A DNA stretch of 62,119 nt, filler included. It is 11 parts of 11 records of this genome, joined end to end, with 100 filler letters (N's around TTAATTAATTAA, not from the genome) between each part and the next. Parts side by side here need not be neighbours in the genome. Positions count along the whole stretch, not along the records: positions 20,937 to 30,423 come from SRR15195285_469; positions 30,524 to 34,349 come from SRR15195285_471; 9 more parts are not named here. One strand, 5' to 3'. The notes under the pieces were generated by a model. It searched no databases. It was not told the origin of the DNA and was given only the letters and a program-made list of their open reading frames with translations. Position numbers and translations under genes: made by a program. Below are positions 21,644 to 31,786 of the stretch, one piece after another (position 1 is the first letter of the stretch; every line of letters starts with the position of its first letter).

Positions 21644-24349
21644 ATGGCCTTGGCGGTGGTTCGCTCGATAGCTGCATTAGCAGCAGCAGCGGTGGCGGCG
21701 GCAAGCTCCTCACCGCCGGGTAATAGCTCAGCGTGGCCGCTGCCGAAGCTCGGCTGGTCTTCGGCGAATGGCACGCTGCCGAACGGATACGCACCGGCTT
21801 ACCTGGCCTCTGGTCTGTTTGGCGTGCGCGTGCCACGCTACGCGATCGGCGGCAGCGTGTGCAAGGACGGCGACCCGAAGCAGTGTCTGGGGGACCGCAC
21901 GGTGCAATGTCTCGTCGGCGGCTACGAGCACCAGCAGGTGCACGGTTGCACGGTTGGCTGCGACCACCCGGACCAGAACCTCGGCGGCGCTCCCGCGCCG
22001 TACCCGTTCCAGACCGAGGTCAACGTCTCGGCACCCGGCGGCCAGCAGTGGTTCAGCCTGCAGCAGGCAATCACAGGGCACTCGAATGCGACGGAGCTCA
22101 AAACCACGTCACAGTCGCTGGACTTTGCCACTGGTGAGATGAGCACCGTGCTCGAGTTCGAGGCCGTGGATGGCAGCTGGAGCCTCGAGCTGGAAGTGAT
22201 GCAGCTGATCTCCCAGGCGATCCCGTCGGTCGCACTGCAGACGCTGACACTCTCTCGGCGCACTCCTGCCGACCTTAACGTCAGCTTTTACCCGATGCTG
22301 ACCACGGAGAACCTTGCGGTGGAGACGACGAAGCCGACCCTGAACTGCCCGCGCGTTGGCATGCGCGACAAGGGCTGCCCAAACGGAGGAGGAGCTGGAG
22401 CTGCTATTCTCATGGAGATGACGAGCAACTCTGGCAGCAAGATGGCCGCCGCGGTCTACACGCAGTGCGTGAACTCGGCGAATCCGAAGCCAATAAAATG
22501 TCCAGGTGCTCTGCCCTGCGGCCCTGTCGCGCCGTGCCAGTCTGGCCCCGAGGCGGGTGCGATGGTTATGCAATCGCACGTGGCGGTTGTCGGTGACGCC
22601 TCGCACCCACGACCGTTCAAGGGCGCGGTCGGCATGATGTGGCGCTCAGGCTATTTAGGTTTCGACGTGCACCGGCAGCAGAACCGCGCCGTGTGGTCCG
22701 ATCGCTGGAAGAGCCGGGTGGTCGCCACCGGCCCCGCGGTCACCGCGACTGTGCAGGCCGGTCTCGACGCCAGTCTGTTCAACCTGCTCTCAACAGCGCA
22801 TAAGTCCTCTCGATCGAGCATGAGCATCGATGGCTACTCGTGCACTGAGTATGGCGGCCATATCTTCTGGGACGTTGACTTCTGGATGGTGCCACCTCTG
22901 GCGCTGCTGGATGCCCCGGTGCAGAAAACTCTTTTCTTTTTTGGAGCCAATTTTGTATTGTAAAGAGCGTACATTTGTCCACGACAGGCTCGGGACAAAT
23001 ATAGGGAAACTCAAAAATGACCCGTTTTCTTTTAACAGGCTGCCGCCGCGGTGCAGAGCTTCCGCGGCAGAACGCTCGAGGAGTCGCAGAAAGCTGCCTC
23101 GCTTTACGGCGTGGATGGCGCACAGTTCCCCTGGGAGACGTCTATGTCAGATGGCAGCGATGCCACCACAGGTGCATCCCTCTGGTCAGAGCAGCACATC
23201 ACTATCGACGTGGCCTTGGGCGTGTGGGCTACTGCAAAGTCGATCAACAGCACGGCTTTTACGCGGGACACAGCATTCCCTGTGCTCTCAAACGTGGTGA
23301 GAAGAAATGGTTGAATTTCCCTGCTCCAATTTCCTTATGTTCGTCCCGAACCTGCGTGGCCACAATCATCGATTTTCATATATGCATTTTCGAATATATG
23401 AAAGCTCAAAACAGCCTTTGCTCAGGCCGACTGGATTTGCTCACGTGGCACGTGGACCGAGCGTGGCTTCGAGGTGCTGTATATGGGAGGCCCTGACGAA
23501 GACACCCCCCAGGTCAACAACAGCGGCTACTTCAACGTCGGCAGCATGATCGTGCTTCGCTCCGCGGTGGCGCTAGGAAAGCAGCTTGGTCCATCCATGG
23601 GCGGCCACGTCGACGCGAAGAGTCTGCTCAAGTGGGAGAAGACGCTAGAAAACTTCTTTTTGGCCAAGACACCGGACGGTGTGATCAAAAGCTTCGACGC
23701 TTCTCCCGATGACATCAGCAAGGCAACTGTGGAGAACTGGTCGCTTGGGTCTCTGCAGTACTTCCTCGCCCAAGGCTTTGCGCTGCCGTTCGATGCCGAG
23801 ACGATCAACAAGACGCTCTATGCCGAGGAGATCATCCGTCACCGGGTGCCAGCGTCCAATGCAGTCGGCTGTGGCTACACGCTGCATCCTGACGCGCCGC
23901 ATGACGAATGGATGATCTGCCCCTCGTACGCCGTGGTTGGAGCGCTGATGGGCTCTTCCGTTCAGTTTCGCAACTTTTCGGACGGGCGTGCGGAGGCGGC
24001 CGCTAACATGGCAGTCTTTGGTGACAAGTACTTCCTACCACCCTTTATGATCACGACTGAGGCCGGGTCTCAGTTCCGTCATTGGGGCAATTACATGACC
24101 AATTTCGGCTCCACCCTCGGCGCCGTGATGTACGGTTTTACTGGCGTGCAGCCGGCAGACGACCTCACTGGCAAGATCAGCCCGACGAGCTACGGTGTGC
24201 GCGCAGCAGCGTTGCCAGCAGGCTGGGATGAGATTTCCTACGTCGCGTACTTTGGCGGGGCGCGCTACGCAGTGACGGCACGGCACGGGCAGCACGCGAA
24301 TATCACGCTGATGGGCGAGAACGAGTTCAGTTCACTAAACATCGTTTGA
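21644..24349 (+). CDS. Secreted glycoside hydrolase family 65-like protein; join(21644..22918,23039..23296,23426..24349)
   Basis: Signal peptide; GH65 motifs YGGHIFWDVDFWM, GAQFPWET, EQHITIDVA, ADWICSR, GPDE (catalytic acid region) and VNNSGYFN. Two phase-0 GT-AG introns. Confidence 0.88.
22919..23038 (+). mobile_element. Introner-like intron, forward orientation (GH65 intron 1)
   Basis: AT-rich 120-nt intron with internal inverted repeat AGAAAAC(22923)/GTTTTCT(23024) and core CCACGACAGGCTCGGGACAAATATAGGGAAA (22979-23009). The core recurs reverse-complemented in intron 2. Confidence 0.65.
23297..23425 (-). mobile_element. Introner-like intron, reverse orientation (GH65 intron 2)
   Basis: 129-nt intron. 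The reverse complement of 23330-23359 is CCACG-CAGGTTCGGGACGAACATAAGGAAA, 26/31 identical to the intron 1 core. The termini GTGAG...CTCAG are near-inverted. Confidence 0.6.
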
Positions 24350-24570
24350 AAATCAAAAACGCAAAGAAGCTGTGTGTTGCTGACACACACGCTCGCACGT
24401 TGTGCAAACGTTGGTTCGGAAGCTAGCTAGATTATGTACTGTACGGCAATGGCATTCAAATTCAAGCAGTTGACACCACCTTCTGCCCAGTGTCACTTTC
24501 GGTGTGCCTACGTTGTGAGCAAACAAGGACTGCTGCCTTGTCGTCGCTGAGCTCGCACCGGTAAAATGTA

Positions 24571-27228
24571 TTAGAAGTCCACCGGCTGAACGCCCTTTGC
24601 TTTGTGCGCAGCATCACATAATGCGCTCCCCAGAGCAGCTGAGCTGTACTTCGCGAGCTCAGGTGCCTGAAACCAGGGTGGCGCCGTCTGCCCAGCCTCC
24701 AAGAGGCGCTGCTTGAGCCGTGCCACGTCAGCCTTGTGCTTCGTATGGTTGATGAGATTCTTCGTTTCCGAGACATCAGCCGTCAGGTTGAAGAGGCAGC
24801 CGCTGAGGCAGTTGATGCCGTCTGGATCTGCCCATGAAGGTTGTGGTGCACGGGCAGCATTGCCATCTGGCTCCAACAAATGGCCAGCCTCGCAGCGCTC
24901 TGGCATGCCACAGTCACAGCACCGTCACACATACCAAGGATCAGTCACAAGCGCCGAGCTTGGTTTGCTTTTGCACCGCATGAAAGAATTCAGTCGACTG
25001 CTGTTTACACTGAAGCACAGAGAAAAATGCCGTTGAATCCTCTTTACCTGCAAATCCGGCCAGACCACACTTGCCTCCCGTCGCCCCGAAAGGTACCCGC
25101 TCCCCGCTCGTACTTTCATTCATCGGAAGCCGTCGTGGATCGCCAACATAACCGAGCATCAGCTTGAGGTCACCGGATGTTATGACTGCTGGACAATTTC
25201 GCCCGCCCCAGCAACCCTGGGTGCAGTTGCCGGGGTAATACTTCGGAGAGTGCAAATGATGAATAAGCTCTGTGCGTGGTGCTGAAGCACCCGTTGTCAT
25301 TGCTGTACACCCGCAGTGCATGCACCATGCGCAAATAGTCGATCGAAAGAAAACCAAAATACGAAGAAATGAAGACTGTCTCAACAATTCAAACATGGAG
25401 AGGCACAGCTAATCGGATTAACGCGACATATTTCACACCGGCCCAGTGATCTTTCGACTCGTCTTGGAATGGGGCCTGCTCGAGAGATGCTATGGTCGCA
25501 GCTGAAATGCCAGCAACTCCGGTGACATAGGTTGCCCTCCAGTCAGCAACGTGCGCAAGTCCGTCGTACTTGCTCCCGACTGCGGCTTTAGGTAGTTTCG
25601 ACCACCTGTCATCACCAAACACAAGACGGATGGTCTCATTCAGTGTAACCTCGTCAACCCAGTGGCAACTAAGATCGCCCGATCGGAGCGCTTCCATCGC
25701 GGGTGTTCGCAGATTTCAAGTTTGCTTACCAGATAAAGGCCTGGGTGCGGACTCCGCCCTCATAGAAGCCGTGTTTGCCTGCGAGACACTCCACCATGAA
25801 GAAATTAGCAAGGCGAAATCGCTTGATTAAATTAGATCGAACACGTAAGTTCTTGAGGGGAATACCTCCGCGGTGAGGGAAGTTGTTCGCGTGATCCAGC
25901 GGTCCGCCGTTGTCTCTACACACAAACACGATGCACGTAAGCACGTAAACGCGAACGGAGCATTCTAGTGCTAGAATCCGCCAGCGATAAGTTCTCGAAA
26001 CAAAAGCAACCGGAACACCTTATATAAAATCAACAGCAGCTCACGATGTGAAACTAATGATGCAGTTCTCGAGCATATCAGCACTCTGTAGAGCGTTGTA
26101 GATGCGGCCTATCTGTACGTCCATTGTCGAAATCTGGGCTGCCGTAACCTTGTAGGTGTCGCTTCTGATGATTGCCTCGAATTGATCAATGTCTGGCTTC
26201 GGTGCCTGATGCGGATCGCTGCCCAAGTGACGAAACGCACACGATGCATCTTGAAAAGAGGGACCACTTAGCCACACCCACACTGCATTGACCAGTTTCA
26301 AATAGCTTTGATGAAGATAGTGCGGACAATTGGGCTGCTACGACTTACTGTTCGTTGTGGAAGGCTATGTACATGAACAGAGGTGCTGGTGGCGTATGCG
26401 CGCCGATGGTGCGGACAGCGTGGTCTCCAAAAAGGACCGACTCATACGTGCCATTATCTGGGGACATTCCCAGTATGGTCCCGGTGTTGTTCGACATGTC
26501 ACTCCAAAGCCCACCGAGGCCTGGACCTGGGCAGTTCGAGCCAGTAGAATGGGTGTGCGCCCAGTAGTCTTCGGTCATTGCGTGATAGTAGCCCAGGAAG
26601 GACGAGTAGCCACGGTACGTTGGCGTGTAGGATCGGGTCGAGCAGCCCAAATGCCATTTTCTACCAGCAGGACACGGCGGCGCGATGGAAACGGGCCGCG
26701 ATCAGACGGGACAGAACAACAGTCCAAATGTGGCGCGGCGTGCGCCGCACCCGATCGCGTGCGATATGTAGCCCTTAGTCTCGAGCAGCTGCGGTATCAG
26801 CTTGAAACGCGGGTCTGCCCCGAGTTTGTTCGAATCTACAGTCTCCCACGGGGTTGCGGCTCCGCTGTTGTCGTAGTATCCCATTTGCCATGGGAGCCGG
26901 CCTGTGTGGAAGCCACTGCGCGACGGAGCGCACACCTTGAACGCGTGGTGGTTGGTAAGCCGAACCCCGCCCAGCGCAAGCTTGTCGATCCAAGGCGAGG
27001 AGATCAGCTCATTGTGATAGCCAACATCGTTCCACCTACACCGAAAAAGAGACTGAATCAGAAAGTGTTACTGTACAATTCACTGTTTGTGCGAAGGGAG
27101 GATCACCCAACGTCGTCGCCCATAATGTGGATGATGTGCGGCAGCGAGTCGCTCGACGCCAGGCAGCAGCCGGGCCGAATCAGGGCAAGCAAAGCCACCA
27201 GTGCAGTCGTCGCCACCGCTGCTACCAT
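24571..27228 (-). CDS. Secreted formylglycine-dependent sulfatase (S1, arylsulfatase B-like), about 9-10 exons
   Basis: Signal peptide; PHIIHIMGDDVGWNDVG, CAPSR (CxPxR) ...TGR, GKWHLG, HDPHQAP, SDNGG, RGGK..YEGGVR, HVADW, LFNLTADVSE. Frame-consistent introns include 27106..27036, 26750..26661, 26348..26219 and 26044..25916. Confidence 0.92.
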
Positions 27229-27272
27229 GCTGCTCGCTGTCGTGCTGTCGTGCTGTCGTGCTGTCGTGCTCG
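27229..27272. repeat. (TGCTGTCG)x4 tandem repeat just upstream of the sulfatase ATG
   Basis: Direct reading: GCTGTCGTGCTGTCGTGCTGTCGTGCTGTCGTGCT. Confidence 0.8.
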
Positions 27273-28040
27273 CCGGCCTCGCGCACAGATAGACCCGCCA
27301 ATTCAGTCGGGTGATGCGATAGAGAGCAGGCCGTCTCCGTCGTCGCGCTGCCGCGCGCGGCACGCGCGCGCGTGAGACGCGTCGCGCCGCACGCGCGCGC
27401 GCCGGCGCGCGGTCACAAACCCGTGTGTACACATGAGAAGTCATAATGGACAATCCGGCGCTTGGTCGCGATTCAGTGATTTCGAGTATTCTGTATTCTC
27501 AAGCGCCGGAGGACTCCGTGAAACGCGCGATGAGAAAAGCTGAAGAGTAATGATACATCATACAATGAATGTAAATTGTACCGGGCAGGAATCCCTGATC
27601 GGCGTTCGGCACCGGCGCGAACACGCCAACGCTCGACAAGCTGCTGACCTCACCGGAACGGAGGACGGGGAATCGGGGAAGCGTAGCCACAGAGAAACCC
27701 AAGTACATTCTCGTATTCATCATTCAAAGATTTCTAAGTTTGTGAATATCAATTCACAGAAATCGTTATGAGATTATAACACTGCGAAGGCCTGGAGCAT
27801 GAGGGTGAGACCCATCAAAAACAGGTCTTGACTCAGCGACAGAATTCTGGCTGCAATTCGCAAATCACTACTACTTTAGCCAAAACAACTGTGGTACATT
27901 ATCACATTACAGTCATATTATAACCCCACCGTTGTTTCGTCTAAATTGCACGTTTTTCGCTGACAGTCAGCCACATGAACACCCAGAATCAGGCTGGGTG
28001 ACCTCACCAGGTTGGTGGGGGTGGTGGTGGCGCTGGGGTT

Positions 28041-28235
28041 GCAGCAGCAGCTACTGCATTGCGGTGGTGAGGACATTGGCAGTGGTGAGGGCATTGGCAG
28101 CAGCTACTGTATTGCGCGGTGAGGACATTGGCGGCAGCTACTGCATTGCGGTGGTGAGGGCATTGGCAGGAGCTACTGTATTGCGGTGGTGAGGGCATTG
28201 GCGGCAGCTACCGTATTGAGGGTGGTGAGGGCAGT
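28041..28235. repeat. ~35-bp minisatellite, about 5.5 copies (GGCAGCAGCTACTGYATTGCGGTGGTGAGGGCATT)
   Basis: AGCTAC anchors at 28049, 28102, 28136, 28171 and 28206 (spacings 53, 34, 35, 35). Confidence 0.88.
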
Positions 28236-28282
28236 GGCTCCCCGGCGGGTGGGTGGGCGCTTGGTGGTGGGTGCGCGGGGTG

Positions 28283-29947
28283 ATGTTGGGTGTCGCCCCC
28301 GGGGTGGGGGTGGCTCGAGATGATGAGACTGGCAGCCAGTCGGCGGTCGAGGGCGGCTCGGAGGGGCTGGTGTCGCCGCTGGGCGCCGGGTCTGCGGTGA
28401 TCGGCAGGCTTCCGAATGACAGCCCCCAGCGTGCCATCACGCTGAGCCAGAACGGCATCGTCCACCGCTGGAGATGGGCCGACGATGGCTCCGAGCAGGA
28501 CATGCTGGTGCTCGGAGCGGGGGCGTCCGTGTCGTTCTCCGGCCCGCGGCTGGCGGCAGTCCTCGAGGAGGCCGCGAGAGCGCAGATGAATGCGGTCGAG
28601 CGACTTGCAGCCGGTGAACCGCACGCACCACTCTCGCTGCACACCTCAGCGGGCGGTACGCCTGAGATGGGGCCGTTTGTTGATGCACTACGGCCGCACT
28701 TGCCGTGGCCAGAGGCTCGCAGCGTCGCAGGGGACGACTGGTTCGTGAATCTGCAAACCGAGGGCACGAGCGCGGTGCTTGCGGCTGTCGACATATGCCT
28801 GCAGCAGGCGGCGCGAGACGACGGCTGCACTCCAAGCACGTCACCCCGCCGCAAGGTCGCGGTAGGCGCGTACAGTTACCACGGTCCAGGGTCGAGCAGC
28901 TTCGGGGCAGCATCGCCGCTTGGTGACAGCTTTGGCCCAAAGTCAGACCAGCTTCTGTACCCGGTTCCAGCGGCGCGCAACAGGCTTGCAAGCGAGACAG
29001 AGGCCGAGTTTCACCAGCGGATTTTGGCTGCATTCGAGGCATTTCTGGAGGCTCATTGTGACCAGATCGGTGTGATGCTTGTGGAGCCACAGTGGGGCTC
29101 GTCGCTGGCAGCGCAACCGTGGCCTGCAGACTTGCTGCGAACCTTCGTTGATTTGGCGCACGAACGCTCTATCTATGTTGTGTGCGACGAGATCATGTGT
29201 GGACTCGGTCGGCATGGAGCCGGGAAACTGTTCCTGTCAGAAGCTTGGGGCCTGGAGCCGGACGTGGTCACATTCGGGAAGTCGGTCGGTGGCAGCATTT
29301 TCCCGCTGGCAGGCGCCGTGGTGCGGCGAGGCAGACGAGCGTTCTTCAGTAGAGATGATCCAGCCACTGAGCAAGAGCGCGGCGCGGACAGTCCCCAGAT
29401 GGCAGTGCTGCAGAGCCACACGTACGCCGGAGCTTCTGGACTGGCCCTCATGGTAGCGAGGGCAACACTGGCGTCGGTCTCGGACTGGTTTGGCAATGTT
29501 GCAGACCGTGGCGAGCAGATTGCGACGACAATGCGATTTGCGATGCGCAGCGCATCAGCAGGCATGCTGCGCTGCCACGGCCAAGGCCTACTCTGGGGTG
29601 CGGAGTGGAAACTGGCAACTTCCGAGCAGGCCGAAGCAGCCAACGAAGCTCTGGCCGCAGCGTGCCGAGCTGCCGGTGTGTGGCCATATTTCATCAAGGG
29701 CGGATTCATGGTGACGCCAGTTCTGGACGTAGACGAAGCGTCCCTTACGGTCGCGTTAGACCGGCTGGTTGCAGCTGTGCGCGCGGTGGCTCGCAGCATG
29801 TGGCAGATCAAAGCACTGGGAGTGAGCAAGTCACGGCCGACGAGCTCTACCGCGACACGATCAGCGAGACCTGCTGGAAATTTAGTAACGGATGATATAA
29901 CTGGGCCTGGGATGAGCACGGGCTTACTAATGTCGAGCGCTTTGTAA
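28283..29947 (+). CDS. Class III PLP-dependent aminotransferase (divergent, intronless)
   Basis: SYHG, VMLVEPQWGS, VVCDEIMCGLGRHG, PDVVTFGKSVGG (PLP lysine), HTYAG, HGQGLLWG. Start codon uncertain; first ATG is at 28283. Confidence 0.88.
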   Translation: MLGVAPGVGVARDDETGSQSAVEGGSEGLVSPLGAGSAVIGRLPNDSPQRAITLSQNGIVHRWRWADDGSEQDMLVLGAGASVSFSGPRLAAVLEEAARAQMNAVERLAAGEPHAPLSLHTSAGGTPEMGPFVDALRPHLPWPEARSVAGDDWFVNLQTEGTSAVLAAVDICLQQAARDDGCTPSTSPRRKVAVGAYSYHGPGSSSFGAASPLGDSFGPKSDQLLYPVPAARNRLASETEAEFHQRILAAFEAFLEAHCDQIGVMLVEPQWGSSLAAQPWPADLLRTFVDLAHERSIYVVCDEIMCGLGRHGAGKLFLSEAWGLEPDVVTFGKSVGGSIFPLAGAVVRRGRRAFFSRDDPATEQERGADSPQMAVLQSHTYAGASGLALMVARATLASVSDWFGNVADRGEQIATTMRFAMRSASAGMLRCHGQGLLWGAEWKLATSEQAEAANEALAAACRAAGVWPYFIKGGFMVTPVLDVDEASLTVALDRLVAAVRAVARSMWQIKALGVSKSRPTSSTATRSARPAGNLVTDDITGPGMSTGLLMSSAL

Positions 29948-30048
29948 ATGGGGTGTTTGTCGGTCACTAAGATCTGCTCCATGGAAATCAATAAAAATCA
30001 TACTTCTGCAACAGAGCACCGCGGGAGCGACTTGCCATTCCGTCTCAG

Positions 30049-30330
30049 CTACCACTCCGTCAGTTTGTAGTCCTTGAAAAACGCGCCATAGTGCAGTACC
30101 CGAGTGGCTAGTGCTGCAGGCTTCGAATCTTCATCAGGACACGCTGCATCATCCTGTGCTCGACCAGGATCAGACATGGACGTGGAAGAGGACGAGTGAG
30201 GCTGACGTAGGCCGAGCATGACTGGGTCCAGAATTCTGGCTGCTGCATCGATTTCATCGATTGGTGTCTGAAAACCTTCCTTGGCGAGGCGACTAGCCTT
30301 TTCCAGCGGGTTCTCGTCGTTTATCCAGCC
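30049..30330 (-). CDS. Last exon of a short-chain dehydrogenase/reductase (5'-partial)
   Basis: Acceptor CTTGTCCAG, then GWINDENP...FQTPIDEIDAAARILDPV...GAFFKDYKLTEW*, resembling the conserved C-terminus of an extended SDR family. Confidence 0.7.
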   Translation of the reverse strand, partial: GWINDENPLEKASRLAKEGFQTPIDEIDAAARILDPVMLGLRQPHSSSSTSMSDPGRAQDDAACPDEDSKPAALATRVLHYGAFFKDYKLTEW

Positions 30331-30423
30331 CTGGACAAGAATTCGCCAGCAACAACAGACACACAAACAAGCATTTGTGTGAAGGAAGCCACAGGAAAGA
30401 GAGAGAGAGAGAGAGAGAGAGAG

Positions 30424-30523
30424 NNNNNNNNNNNNNNNNNNNNNNNNNNNNNNNNNNNNNNNNNNNNTTAATTAATTAANNNNNNNNNNNNNNNNNNNNN
30501 NNNNNNNNNNNNNNNNNNNNNNN
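30424..30523. other. Artificial contig-join spacer
   Basis: N44-TTAATTAATTAA-N44, preceded by (GA)n. Confidence 0.99.
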
Positions 30524-30608
30524 GATGAATTCAGGCTGGAGAGTTCGCGAACTACTAGTACTACTACTCTGACCGTATTCGAATACCAGCTGGTCAGGAC
30601 GAAGCTGC

Positions 30609-31563
30609 ATGAAGCGCGTGCTGGTGACTGGCGGCAACACCGGCATCGGCTTGGCGCTGTGTCGGCAGCTCTCTGTTGATCACGGCTGCCACGTCATCCT
30701 TGGCTCGCGAAGTGAGTGCATGGCCCACAGTGGCCTAGCCTGTGTTCCATCGTTTGTACATGTAGTCTTTTTCTCGGTATACACGGAACTAAGTCCGAGT
30801 TGAGGCGCACGCATTTTGATCGTGCACTGCGCCTGCAGACGTCGAAAAGGGCGAGGCTGCCGTCAAGTCCATCACGGACGCGCATCCAGGCGCGGCACTC
30901 GAGCTGCTGCAGGTGGACGTCAGCGACGATGAGTCAGTCACCGCAGCAGTGAGCAGTCTCACGGGTGGAGAGCCACTGTATGCCCTCGTCAACAACGCGG
31001 GGGTCGGTCTGCAGACCGACGGAGGTGGCAGCGACACCCTGCTACAGACGAACTTTTTCGGACCCCGACGAGTGAGCGAGGCATTCGTCAGCATGATCGC
31101 ACCTGGTGGCCGTATTGTCAATGTGTCCAGTGGCTCTGCCTCCATGTGGCTGCGTGAACAGAGCACCGAGACCAAAGCGCTCTTCAGCAACCCAGACGTG
31201 TCCTGGCCAGAGCTGGAGGCCGCAGTGCAGGAGGCGGCCCCTACTGCGTCGATGGGTGGTTACGGTCTGTCGAAAGCTGGCCTCACCACATATACGATGA
31301 TCCAGGCGAAGATGTACCCATCGCTGACGTGTACGAGCCTGAGCCCTGGCTTCATAGAGACCAACATGACGGCAGGCTGGGGCGCCCGGCTGACGCCTGA
31401 GCAGGGCACGGTCTCGCTCATCAAATGCCTTTTCGGTGAGGTCACCTCTGGCTGGTACTATGGATCTGATGGGCTCCGCTCTCCTCTGACCGTCACACGC
31501 GACCCCGGTACTCCAGAGTATGAAGGTGAGCCGAACCCGGACGCGAGAAAGTACAACGATTGA
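30609..31563 (+). CDS. Short-chain dehydrogenase/reductase, carbonyl-reductase-like; join(30609..30711,30839..31563)
   Basis: TGGNTGIG, LVNNAG, IVNVSS, YGLSK (YxxxK), SPGFIETNM. Intron 30712..30838 (GTGAGT..CTGCAG) keeps the frame. Confidence 0.92.
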
Positions 31564-31786
31564 TAAGAAAAGAGCAAGCCAACGTCGAGCAGTAGAAGAT
31601 CGCTCGCATTGCTGGTTATCGTTGTGGCAGTACTACAAGCGTGTGTGAATGGAGGCTCTGACACAAACACATTTCAAATTCTGTACCTTCAAACAAATTG
31701 ATCGCCATCTGCCCCAAGCACACTTGACAAGTGGGTAGATCAATATCCACACTGCCCTCGCTCGCCTCTGATTCCTTGTGGCGACT

